From: Pseudomonadota bacterium
Lineage (GTDB): Bacteria; Myxococcota; JACRCW01; JAFGSX01
Length of the DNA stretch: 64,000 nucleotides
Reading direction: 5' to 3'
Assembly (NCBI GenBank): GCA_043821645.1
Contig: JBDRCO010000003.1
Coordinates: 192,001-256,000, forward strand
Under the pieces are notes generated by a model, which saw nothing but the letters and a program-made list of their open reading frames with translations, was not told the origin of the DNA and searched no databases. Below are positions 29,393-38,118 of the stretch, piece by piece. The stretch's first letter is position 1. Every line of letters starts with the position of its first letter. A program made the translations under genes and the position numbers.

Positions 29393-30721
29393 ATGAGCAG
29401 ACCGCTTCACAGTGTTGGCATCCGTCACGAAGACAAGAGCAGCTGGGAGAGGCGTGCCCCACTGACGCCGGACCACGTGCGCGTTCTCGTGAGCGAGCAC
29501 GGCCTTGACGTCGCGGTTCAGACCTCGCCCACACGTGTGTTCGACGACGCTGCGTACCGCGCCGCGGGCGCGCGCATCGTCGACAATCTCGACGGCATCC
29601 CGGTGGTGCTCGGGGTCAAGGAGATCCCGGCAGAGCAGCTCCGACCGGGCGTCGTCTACATGTACTTTGCCCACGTCATCAAGGCCCAGCCCTACAACAT
29701 GGCGATGCTACGCACTCTGCTCGAGCAGGGCTGCTCCCTGATGGACTACGAGAGGATCACCGACGACGAGGGCCGCCGCCTGGTGTTCTTTGGCCGCCAC
29801 GCCGGGCTCGCCGGGATGATCGACACCCTGTGGACCCTGGGCCAGCGCCTGCGCCACGAAGGCGTCGTGACTCCGTTCGCCCAGGTGAAGCGCGCCTACG
29901 AATATGCCGATCTGGCCGAGGCCAAGGCGGCCATTGCGGCCCTGGGGCAGCAGCTCCAGACGCAGCCCGTGCCACAGGCGCTGCAGCCGCTGGTGTTTGG
30001 GTTCACAGGTTATGGCAACGTGTCGCGCGGTGCGCAGGAGGTGTTCGACGTGCTGCCCCACGTCGAGGTGACCCCGCGCCAGCTCCACGCAGGCAACCTG
30101 GGTGGAGCCAATCGCGCGCAGCAGCTGATCAAGGTGGTGTTCAAGGAAGAGCACCTGGTGCGTCCCGTCGACGCCAGCATCCGCTTCGCGCTGCAGGACT
30201 ATTACGACAATCCCGAGCGCTACGTCTCGGATTTCGCGGCCTACCACGACCGCCTGAGCGTGCTGGTGAACTGCATCTACTGGGATACGCCGTACCCGCG
30301 CCTGCTCACCCGAGCCGATGTGCAGCGCCTGTGGCAGACCCCCGCGCCCAAGCTCAAGGTGATCGGCGACATCTCCTGCGACATCGAGGGCTCGATCGAG
30401 GTCACTCTCAAGCCGAGCAAGGTGGACCACCCGGCCTTCGTGTACCGCCCCGAGCACGACGACGTGATCGACGGTGTCGAGGGCCAGGGACCCGTGATCA
30501 TGGCCGTGGACAACTTGCCCTGCGAGCTGCCCGCGGATTCCTCGCGGTCCTTTGGCGATGCGCTGACTCCCTTCGTCGGGGCTCTGGCGCAGGCGGACTA
30601 CGCGGTGGCCATCGCCGATCTGGATCTGCCGGATCCCCTGTGGCGCGCGTGCATCGTGCACCAAGGCCAGCTCACGCCGGACTACGAATACCTTCAGGAC
30701 GCTCTTTCCAGCGACGCCTGA
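29393..30721 (+). CDS. Lysine-ketoglutarate reductase (LKR), homologous to the N-terminal domain of eukaryotic AASS
   Basis: GIR.EDK..WERRAPLTP, F.HVIKAQ..NM, DYERI.D, FG..AG.AGMI, TGYGNVSRGAQ, LVNCIYW...PRLLT, DISCD..GSIE, VDNLP.ELP. Confidence 0.88.
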   Translation: MSRPLHSVGIRHEDKSSWERRAPLTPDHVRVLVSEHGLDVAVQTSPTRVFDDAAYRAAGARIVDNLDGIPVVLGVKEIPAEQLRPGVVYMYFAHVIKAQPYNMAMLRTLLEQGCSLMDYERITDDEGRRLVFFGRHAGLAGMIDTLWTLGQRLRHEGVVTPFAQVKRAYEYADLAEAKAAIAALGQQLQTQPVPQALQPLVFGFTGYGNVSRGAQEVFDVLPHVEVTPRQLHAGNLGGANRAQQLIKVVFKEEHLVRPVDASIRFALQDYYDNPERYVSDFAAYHDRLSVLVNCIYWDTPYPRLLTRADVQRLWQTPAPKLKVIGDISCDIEGSIEVTLKPSKVDHPAFVYRPEHDDVIDGVEGQGPVIMAVDNLPCELPADSSRSFGDALTPFVGALAQADYAVAIADLDLPDPLWRACIVHQGQLTPDYEYLQDALSSDA

Positions 30722-30739
30722 GCGTCGACGAGGAATCTC

Positions 30740-32059
30740 ATGAAGCGCGTGCTGGTGCTCGGCGCAGGCCTCGTCACCAAACCGGGTGTTCGCTACCTGC
30801 TCGACGTTGCCGGGGTCCACGTCACGGTGGCAGATCAGGACCAGGAGCGCGCGGCCCAACTCTGCAACCATCATCCCAGTAGCGAGGCCATGCAGCTCGA
30901 TGTGCAGGACGTGCCAGCTTTGCGCCAGGCCGTGCGCGCCAGCGATGTGGTCATCAGCCTGCTTCCCTGGCAGCTCCACGTCGCCGTGGCCCAGGCCTGC
31001 TTGAACGAGGGCAAGCACCTGGTCACCACGTCCTATGTCAGCGAGGGCATGCGCGCCCTCGACGCCGAGGCACGACAGCGGGGTCTGCTCTTCCTCAACG
31101 AGATCGGGCTGGACCCGGGCATCGACCACCTGACCGCCCTGCGCACCATCGACGACGTGCGCAGCAAGGGTGGCGTCATCGAGAGCTTCCGCTCTTACTG
31201 CGGAGGCTTGCCGGCGCCAGCGGCGGATACCAACCCCTGGCGCTACAAGTACTCGTGGAGCCCGCGAGGTGCCGTGCTGGCTGCGCGAAATCCCGCCATC
31301 TGGCTCGAGGACGGCGAGCGCATCGAGATCGTGGACCACGACCTGTTTCTGCTCACCCACACCGTGCGCGTCGAGGGTCTCGGCGTGCTCGAGGCTTATG
31401 CCAACCGCGACGCGCTGGTGTACCGCGACCTGTATCGCCTGGACCAGGCGCACACGGTGTTTCGCGGCACCCTGCGCTATCCGGGGCACTGCCGGCTGTG
31501 GCGCGCGATCCGCCGCGCGGGTCTGCTTGACGTCGAGGAGCGCAACGGTGTGCGCGGCTGGACTCATGCGCGCTTCGTCGCCGAGCTCATTGGCGGGCGC
31601 GAGGAGACGGTGCAGCAGGACTTCGCGGACAAGCTTGGACTGCCGGTGCGCATCGAGCCCATTCGCAAGCTCGACTGGATAGGCCTGTTCAGCGATCGGA
31701 TCCTCGACGTCGACGCCATCTCTCCCCTCGACCTGCTGGTGGGTTGCGTCAAGGACAAGCTGGCATACTCGCCGGGCGAGCAGGATCTCATCGTGCTGCA
31801 GCACGAGTTCGTGGCGCGCACCACGGAGCGCCGTGAGCTGATCACCTCGCAGCTCATCGCCTACGGGTCGCTGGGCGGGGACAGCGCCATGTCGCGCACC
31901 GTGAGCCTGCCCGCGGCCATTGCCACCCGCCTGCTGTGTGAAGAGAAGCTCACCCTCACCGGCGTGCGCATCCCCGTCGATCCCGAGATCTACCACCCGG
32001 TCCTCGACGAGCTAGGGCGGCTCGGCATCGTGTGTCAGGAGACGCGGAGAGTGGTCTGA
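30740..32059 (+). CDS. Saccharopine dehydrogenase (glutamate-forming), Lys9/AASS C-terminal type
   Basis: VLVLGAG Rossmann motif, VTTSYVS, NEIGLDPGIDH, SYCGGLPAP, YKYSWSPRG, RGTLRY, SAMSRTV..PAAIA. Confidence 0.9.
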   Translation: MKRVLVLGAGLVTKPGVRYLLDVAGVHVTVADQDQERAAQLCNHHPSSEAMQLDVQDVPALRQAVRASDVVISLLPWQLHVAVAQACLNEGKHLVTTSYVSEGMRALDAEARQRGLLFLNEIGLDPGIDHLTALRTIDDVRSKGGVIESFRSYCGGLPAPAADTNPWRYKYSWSPRGAVLAARNPAIWLEDGERIEIVDHDLFLLTHTVRVEGLGVLEAYANRDALVYRDLYRLDQAHTVFRGTLRYPGHCRLWRAIRRAGLLDVEERNGVRGWTHARFVAELIGGREETVQQDFADKLGLPVRIEPIRKLDWIGLFSDRILDVDAISPLDLLVGCVKDKLAYSPGEQDLIVLQHEFVARTTERRELITSQLIAYGSLGGDSAMSRTVSLPAAIATRLLCEEKLTLTGVRIPVDPEIYHPVLDELGRLGIVCQETRRVV

Positions 32060-33586
32060 TCAGGAAGCACGCACCTCGTCTCGAAGGACAGCCTTGAGGA
32101 TCTTCCCTGCGGCATTGCGCGGCAGGGCGGGCTTGAAGCGGATCTCCTTGGGTAGCTTGAAGCGCGCGATCTTGTCCTGGCACAGCGCCATGAGCTCGTC
32201 GGCCGAGGTGGTTGTTCCTGGGCGCAGGGCCACGAAGGCCACCGGCACCTCGCCCCACTTGGGATCCGGCTTGCCCACGACGCTGACCTCGAGCACCGTC
32301 GGGTGCTGTTCAAGCACGCGCTCGATCTCGGCCGGAAAGATGTTCTCGCCCCCCGAGATGATCATGTCCTTCTTGCGGTCCACCAGGGTCAAGAAGCCGT
32401 CGGCGTCGAGAGAGCCGATGTCCCCGGAGTGGAACCAGCCTCCTTTCAACGCATCGGCGGTCTGCTCGGGACGGTTCCAGTAGCCCTTCATGACGTTGGG
32501 GCCGCGCACCAGGACCTCACCTGTCTGGCCAGCAGGCAGTGGCTTCCCATCGTCGTCGGCGATGCGAATGTCAACGTAGAGACAGGGCCGCCCTGCCGTG
32601 CCCGCCTTCTTCAAACACTCGCCCGGTCCCATGCCCGTGGCGCCCGGCGATGTCTCGGTCAGACCGTAGCCCTGGCGGAACTCGAGTCCTCGCTCGTGAT
32701 ACTGCTGGATCAGGGGCAAGGGCAGGGGCGCGCCGCCCGAGATGAAGGCCTGAATGGACGACAGGTCCGTGCTGGCGAAGCGCGGGTGGTCGTACAGCAT
32801 CTGGTACACAGCCGGGACCGCCACCATGCCCGTGACGCGCTCGCGCTCGAAGGTGCTCAGGGTCTCCTCAACGTCAAATTTCTGCGGCAGGATCACCGTG
32901 GCCCCGACGTGGATCATGGGTGTGACCGAGCCGTTGAGCCCGCCGACGTGGAACAGGGGCAGGATCACGTAGGCCACGGTGTCTGGCTGCACACCCAGGG
33001 CCCAGCCGTTGACCGACTGCCAGAAGCAGTTGGCGTGGGTGAGCATCACCCCCTTGGGATCGCCGGTGGTACCGGCGGTGTACATGATGAGATGCACGTC
33101 GTCGCCACCAACGTCGGGATCCACGGCGTCGACGTCCTCACCTGAGGCCACCAGTTTTTCATAGGCCGAGGCGCCGCCTGCCTCGTCCACTTCTGCCAGC
33201 AGGCTCAAGCTTGCGCAACGCTTCTGCAGTTGCTCCACCGTGCTTGCGAAGCCGCGATGGGACACCAGACCTCGCGCCTGGCAATCGTCGAGGATGAACC
33301 GAAGTTCGTCCGCGCCCAGGCGCCAGTTCAGAGGCACCGCGATGGCACCCATGGCCGATAGCGCGAACACCACCTCGATGTATTCGATACCGTTGAGCAG
33401 GTACAGACCCACACGATCGCCGCGCTGGATGCCGCGCGCCTTGAGGGCGCTGGCCAGGCGGTTCATGCGCTGCTGAAGCTGGGCATAGGTGCTGCTCCTG
33501 CCGCCAGACCTCAGGGCGATCTTTTCTCTGTAGATGAGCGCGTTCTTGCGCACCCAGTGGCCGATGTTGACATCGAGCAGAGCCAT
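32060..33586 (-). CDS. Long-chain acyl-CoA ligase (FadD/MenE-like)
   Basis: YTAGTTGDPKG, LPLFHVGG, GYGLTE, GWFHSGD, DRKKDMIISGGENI.PAEIE, LPRNAAGKI. Confidence 0.92.
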   Translation of the reverse strand: MALLDVNIGHWVRKNALIYREKIALRSGGRSSTYAQLQQRMNRLASALKARGIQRGDRVGLYLLNGIEYIEVVFALSAMGAIAVPLNWRLGADELRFILDDCQARGLVSHRGFASTVEQLQKRCASLSLLAEVDEAGGASAYEKLVASGEDVDAVDPDVGGDDVHLIMYTAGTTGDPKGVMLTHANCFWQSVNGWALGVQPDTVAYVILPLFHVGGLNGSVTPMIHVGATVILPQKFDVEETLSTFERERVTGMVAVPAVYQMLYDHPRFASTDLSSIQAFISGGAPLPLPLIQQYHERGLEFRQGYGLTETSPGATGMGPGECLKKAGTAGRPCLYVDIRIADDDGKPLPAGQTGEVLVRGPNVMKGYWNRPEQTADALKGGWFHSGDIGSLDADGFLTLVDRKKDMIISGGENIFPAEIERVLEQHPTVLEVSVVGKPDPKWGEVPVAFVALRPGTTTSADELMALCQDKIARFKLPKEIRFKPALPRNAAGKILKAVLRDEVRAS

Positions 33587-33712
33587 GGCGAACCCCTGTG
33601 GAAGTGACCGCGTTGGCGCACTCTAGCACGCAGCCCGTTCTCCAGGATCCTGGCGGCGCCGCTCGACGCGCGCATCAACTCAGGCTAACGATCTGCAGTG
33701 CGAGGGGCGATC

Positions 33713-34381
33713 ATGCTGCGCGAGATCATCACCTTCAGCCTGATGTGCTTCTCGGCGGTGTTCTTTGTCGTGGACCCCTTCGCTGCCGTGCCCATGTTCC
33801 TGGCCATGACGCCGCACGACAGTGCCGACAAGCGGCGCCGCATGGCCTTGCGCGCGGCCCTCGCGGCGGGAGTCCTGCTCACCGCCTTCGCCTTGGTCGG
33901 GGCATTGATCTTCAAGGCCCTGGGCATCACCATCGGCGCCTTCAAGATCGCGGGCGGTATCCTGCTGCTGCTCATGGCCATCGACATGCTGCGCACGCGG
34001 ACGTCGCCGACGCGCATCACCGAGGGCGAGGTGCAGGACGGCGCCGAGAAGGACGACATCGCCATCGTGCCCCTGGCCATGCCCATGCTCGCGGGGCCCG
34101 GCTCCATTGCCACCGTGATTGTTCTCATGGGCCGCGCCCGGGCCGAGGCCTGGTGGCAGGTGATCCCGGTCCTGGCAGCCATCCTGCTCACGGCGCTGCT
34201 CAGCTACCTGGTGCTGCTCGGTGCGGCTCGTGTGGACCGCGTCCTGGGCCGCACGGGCATGAACATCCTCAGCCGCGTGGCAGGCCTGCTGCTGGCCGCC
34301 ATCGCCGTGCAGTTCATGCTCGACGGGCTGGTGGATGGATTGGGGGCTGTGCTCGTGGCCCCGCGGGCGGCGCCTGGTTGA
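33713..34381 (+). CDS. MarC family integral membrane protein
   Basis: F.VVDP....P.FL, F.IAGGILL, IAIVPLAMPMLAGPG.I, R..GLLL.AIAVQF. Confidence 0.92.
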   Translation: MLREIITFSLMCFSAVFFVVDPFAAVPMFLAMTPHDSADKRRRMALRAALAAGVLLTAFALVGALIFKALGITIGAFKIAGGILLLLMAIDMLRTRTSPTRITEGEVQDGAEKDDIAIVPLAMPMLAGPGSIATVIVLMGRARAEAWWQVIPVLAAILLTALLSYLVLLGAARVDRVLGRTGMNILSRVAGLLLAAIAVQFMLDGLVDGLGAVLVAPRAAPG

Positions 34382-34393
34382 GGTTGCGCCCGT

Positions 34394-35785
34394 TCACCCC
34401 ACGTTATCGTGCGTGCGTACCCTGAACCGGACGTGCAGCGTGTCCTCCGCCAGCGCCCGGCAGCGCTCCAAGTAGGCCGCATCGAACTCGGGCAGGCCGA
34501 CGACGCTGGCCGTGACCTCGAGTCCGGCATCACGCGCCGTGGTGATGAACTCCTGCACCGCCCCGAAGGCGCTCTCGCCCAGTTTCGAGGGACACAGCCT
34601 CGCATAGGTCTCGGCGTCAGCGGCGTTGAGGCTCACACTCACCGCATCGACCAGGCCCTTCAGTTCGGCGGCCACGTTGCGCTGGTAGATGCGATTGGCC
34701 AGGCCATCGGTGTCCAGCCGCACGCGCTTGCCCTGGGTCTTGAGCCAGGCCGCGAGTTCCTTGACCACCTCGAGGCGCAGGGTCGACTCGCCGAGGCCCA
34801 CGAACACCACCTCGGCATAGGAGGCGAGGTCGCCGCACGAGGCCTTGATCTCGCCGACGGTCGGCGCGCGGTCCAGCTTGAGGGCATGGCCCTGGACCAC
34901 GTAGCGCTCGCGCTGCTTGGGACAGAAGGTGCAGGCCAGGGTACAGGCGTTGGTGATGTTCAGGTACAGATTGCCGCGGATGGCGTAGGCGATGCGCGGG
35001 CGCAGGCCCTCGTCGTCGATGGGCAAACCGAGGCGCCGGATCGCGGTGCGTGCCGTGGTCCGGTGCACGTCCTGCAACTGGTGTCCCGTGGCCCGGGCGA
35101 TGAAGGCTGCGGTCTGTGCAACGAAGGCGGGCTCGTTGCGCTGACCACGATAGGGAACAGGCGCGAGGTAGGGCGCGTCGGTCTCGATCATCAGGCAGTC
35201 CATGGGCAGGGACCGAACCAGGTCGACCAGCTCACCAGGCTTCTTGTAGGTCACGATGCCGGGGATCGAGAGGCTCAGGTCCAGCTCCAGCATCAGCCGG
35301 GCATATGCCACCGTGCTCGAGAAGCAGTGCATCACGCCGCCGCGCGGCCCTAGCCCCACCTCGCGCAGGATGCCCAGGCAGTCGTCCTCGGCCTCGCGCA
35401 TGTGAATGACGACGGGGAGGTTCCGCTCACGGGCGAGGTTGAGCTGCTCGGCAAAGCGCGCCCGCTGGGTCTTGCGCGGGCTCAGATCGTAGTGGTAGTC
35501 GAGCCCGATCTCGCCGATGGCCACCACGCACGCGTCGGTGGCCAGCTCTGTCAGGCGCTGCAGGTAGTCCCCGGGCGCCTCCCGGGCGTCGTGGGGGTGC
35601 ACGCCCACGGTGGCAAAGATTCCGTCGTGCTCGCGGGCGATCTCCAGGGCGCGCTGGCTCGACGCCAGGTCGGCGCCGATGGTGATCATGTGGGTCACTC
35701 CGGCGGCCCGGGCACGGGCGATCACGGCCTCGCGATCGGCCGCGAATTCCGCGTGATCCAGGTGGCAATGGGAATCGATGATCAT
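34394..35785 (-). CDS. tatD: TatD family hydrolase fused to a TatD-associated radical SAM domain
   Basis: IDSHCHL, GVHPH, AIGEIGLDY, HCFS, ETDAPYLAP; then YLNITNACTLACTFC (CX3CX2C), EVVFVG.GE, DTDG, SVSLNA. Confidence 0.9.
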   Translation of the reverse strand: MIIDSHCHLDHAEFAADREAVIARARAAGVTHMITIGADLASSQRALEIAREHDGIFATVGVHPHDAREAPGDYLQRLTELATDACVVAIGEIGLDYHYDLSPRKTQRARFAEQLNLARERNLPVVIHMREAEDDCLGILREVGLGPRGGVMHCFSSTVAYARLMLELDLSLSIPGIVTYKKPGELVDLVRSLPMDCLMIETDAPYLAPVPYRGQRNEPAFVAQTAAFIARATGHQLQDVHRTTARTAIRRLGLPIDDEGLRPRIAYAIRGNLYLNITNACTLACTFCPKQRERYVVQGHALKLDRAPTVGEIKASCGDLASYAEVVFVGLGESTLRLEVVKELAAWLKTQGKRVRLDTDGLANRIYQRNVAAELKGLVDAVSVSLNAADAETYARLCPSKLGESAFGAVQEFITTARDAGLEVTASVVGLPEFDAAYLERCRALAEDTLHVRFRVRTHDNVG

Positions 35786-35835
35786 GTTGATGTCGTCGTC
35801 ACGGCAGCCTGTGCCGGTGCCGGCCGGGAGTGCAC

Positions 35836-36016
35836 CTAGGAGCCTGTCGAAAAAATCCTCCGGCTGCGGCGTCGGATCCTCTTGCTGCGACCAATGTGCT
35901 CGCTCGCTCCTCCTGCGACGCACCGCAAGTGCGTCTCGTCGTCACTCGCTGCGCTCATCGCTCTCGCTTCGGTCTCCACCGCCTCGCTTCGTTGTTTTTT
36001 CCCGACAGGCACCTAG
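35836..36016. mobile_element. Putative MITE/REP-like non-autonomous element
   Basis: Terminal inverted repeats CTAGGAGCCTGTCG / CGACAGGCACCTAG (13 of 14 match), with inner A6 and T6 tracts; CTAG at both ends; central hairpin GACGCAC-CGCAA-GTGCGTC; no ORF. Confidence 0.6.
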
Positions 36017-38109
36017 CGGATGCGATCCCCGGGCTCCGCGCCGGGTACCTCGACCACGTGCAGGTTCTTCTCGTCCTCACCAGCGGCCAGCACCATGCCC
36101 TCGCTCAGTCCGAAACGCATCTTGCGCGGCGCCAGATTGGCGACCACGGCAACGATCTTGCCCTGCAGGGTCTCGGGCGAGACGCTGTGGCGGATACCGG
36201 CGAATATCTGGCGCGGCTTGTCTTCACCCACATCGACCTCGAGGCGCAGCAGCTTGTCGGCACCCTCGACCAGCTCTGCCTTGAGCACGCGTCCCGCGCG
36301 CAGTTCCACGTTCATGAACTGGTCGTACTGGATCATCGCCGGAGTCCCGGTCTCCCCCTTGGCCGCGGCCTCTGGTTTGGGGCCCTTGGCTGAGGGGGAG
36401 GTCTTCTTCTCGACGGCGGCTGGACCGGCTGCGGCGCTGGCTGCCACGGCGACCTGGCCGTCGACCGCCTGGTTCTCCTCGGCGCTGGCGGTGATCACGG
36501 CCTCGACCTGCGAACGCTCGATGCGCTCGAACAGGCGCTGGTAAGCACCAACGGTGTGGTTCTCGAGGTCGAACCGCGCGTCGTCAAAGGTCATCGCCGG
36601 GATCTGCAGCATGCTCTCGACCGTCGCCACCATGCCAGGAAGCACGGGCTTGAGCAGGGCCATGACGAGCTTTCCCGCGTTGATGGCGAAGGTGATGACG
36701 TCCCGCGCACGCTCGGGGTCCTCCTTGATCACCTGAAAGGGCTTTTCGTCCTGCAGGACCTTGTTGCCGATGTCCGCGATCTCGTTGACGAGCCGGATGG
36801 CGCGGGTGAACTCGAAGCGCAGGTAGGCGTCGCGCACCTCGGGCACCCGGGCCTCGATCTCCTCGATCAGCGGACGCAGGTCCGAGGGGATCACACCCAG
36901 CCGGCCCTCGAAGCGCTTGTGCGCGAACTGCACGCTGCGGCTGAGCAGGTTGACAATGCGGTTCATCAGGTCGGCGTTGACCCTGTTGACGAAGTCCTCG
37001 ACGTTGAGGTCGATGTCCTCGATGCCAGAAGTCAGCTTGGCCGCCAGGTAGTAGCGCAGGGCCTGCGGGTCCACGAAGCGCAGGTAGGTTCGCGCGTTGA
37101 TGAAGGTGCCTCGGCTCTTGCTCAACTTCTCGCCGTTGGCAGTGAGCATGCCGTGGACATGGACCCGCGTTGGCAGGTTGTAGCCCGAGGCCATCAGCAT
37201 GGCCGGCCAGAACAGGGTGTGAAAGTACACGATGTCCTTGCCGATGATATGCACCACCCGGGTCTCGGGATCGCGCCACCAGCGGTCGATGGACTGGCCG
37301 GTCTGCTGGCACCAGCGCCAGGTGTTGCTGATGTAGCCTACGGGCGCGTCGAGCCAGACGTAGAAGTACTTGTCGTCCTCACCGGGGATCTTGAAGCCGA
37401 AGTAGGGACCGTCGCGGCTGATGTCCCAGTCCTTGAGCCCGTCCTCGAGCCAGCGGTCCACGTAATTGCGCACGTCCAGCTGCAGGTGCTCGCCGCTGTG
37501 GCCCCACTCGCGCAGGGGCTCGGCGTAGGCGCTCAGGGTCACGAAGTAGTGCTTGGACGAGCGCAGCTCGGGTGGATTGTGGCACAGGGCACAGTGCGGA
37601 TCCTTGAGGTCCGACGGACTGTAGGTCGTGGAGCAGCTCTCGCACACGTCGCCATACTGATCCGCCGTGCCGCACTTGGGACAGCTGCCACGCACGTAGC
37701 GGTCGGGCAGGAAGCGCTTGCACGCTGCACAGTACATCTGCTCGACGTCGCGGGTCTGGATGTGCCCCGCCTTCTGCAGCGCGGTGTAGATCGCGGTGGC
37801 GACGGAGGCGTTCTCGTCACAGTGGGTTGAGCCGTAAAAGTCGAAGCCGATGTCGAACTGCCTGAAATCCTCGGTGTGGCGCTGGTACCAGCCTGCCACG
37901 AAATCCTCGGGCCTCAGGCCCTGGGCCTCGGCCTTGATCTGGATGGGCGTGCCATGCGTGTCGTCGGCGCAGATGTGCGCCACCTCATGCCCCAGCAGGC
38001 GCAGGGAGCGCACGTAGATATCGGTCTGGATGTGTTCGACCAGGTGCCCCAGGTGAATGTCACCATTGGCGTAGGGCAGGGCGCTGGTGACCACGTATCG
38101 GTGTGGCAT
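36013..38109 (-). CDS. metG: Methionine-tRNA ligase
   Basis: TSALPYANG.IHLGH (HIGH), two Zn knuckles, WDISRDG.YFG, YVWLDAP, GKDI.YFH, KLSKS; C-terminal tRNA-binding domain (ANLAPRKMRFGLSEGM). Confidence 0.97.
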   Translation of the reverse strand: MPHRYVVTSALPYANGDIHLGHLVEHIQTDIYVRSLRLLGHEVAHICADDTHGTPIQIKAEAQGLRPEDFVAGWYQRHTEDFRQFDIGFDFYGSTHCDENASVATAIYTALQKAGHIQTRDVEQMYCAACKRFLPDRYVRGSCPKCGTADQYGDVCESCSTTYSPSDLKDPHCALCHNPPELRSSKHYFVTLSAYAEPLREWGHSGEHLQLDVRNYVDRWLEDGLKDWDISRDGPYFGFKIPGEDDKYFYVWLDAPVGYISNTWRWCQQTGQSIDRWWRDPETRVVHIIGKDIVYFHTLFWPAMLMASGYNLPTRVHVHGMLTANGEKLSKSRGTFINARTYLRFVDPQALRYYLAAKLTSGIEDIDLNVEDFVNRVNADLMNRIVNLLSRSVQFAHKRFEGRLGVIPSDLRPLIEEIEARVPEVRDAYLRFEFTRAIRLVNEIADIGNKVLQDEKPFQVIKEDPERARDVITFAINAGKLVMALLKPVLPGMVATVESMLQIPAMTFDDARFDLENHTVGAYQRLFERIERSQVEAVITASAEENQAVDGQVAVAASAAAGPAAVEKKTSPSAKGPKPEAAAKGETGTPAMIQYDQFMNVELRAGRVLKAELVEGADKLLRLEVDVGEDKPRQIFAGIRHSVSPETLQGKIVAVVANLAPRKMRFGLSEGMVLAAGEDEKNLHVVEVPGAEPGDRIR

Positions 38110-38118
38110 CGCGACCTC

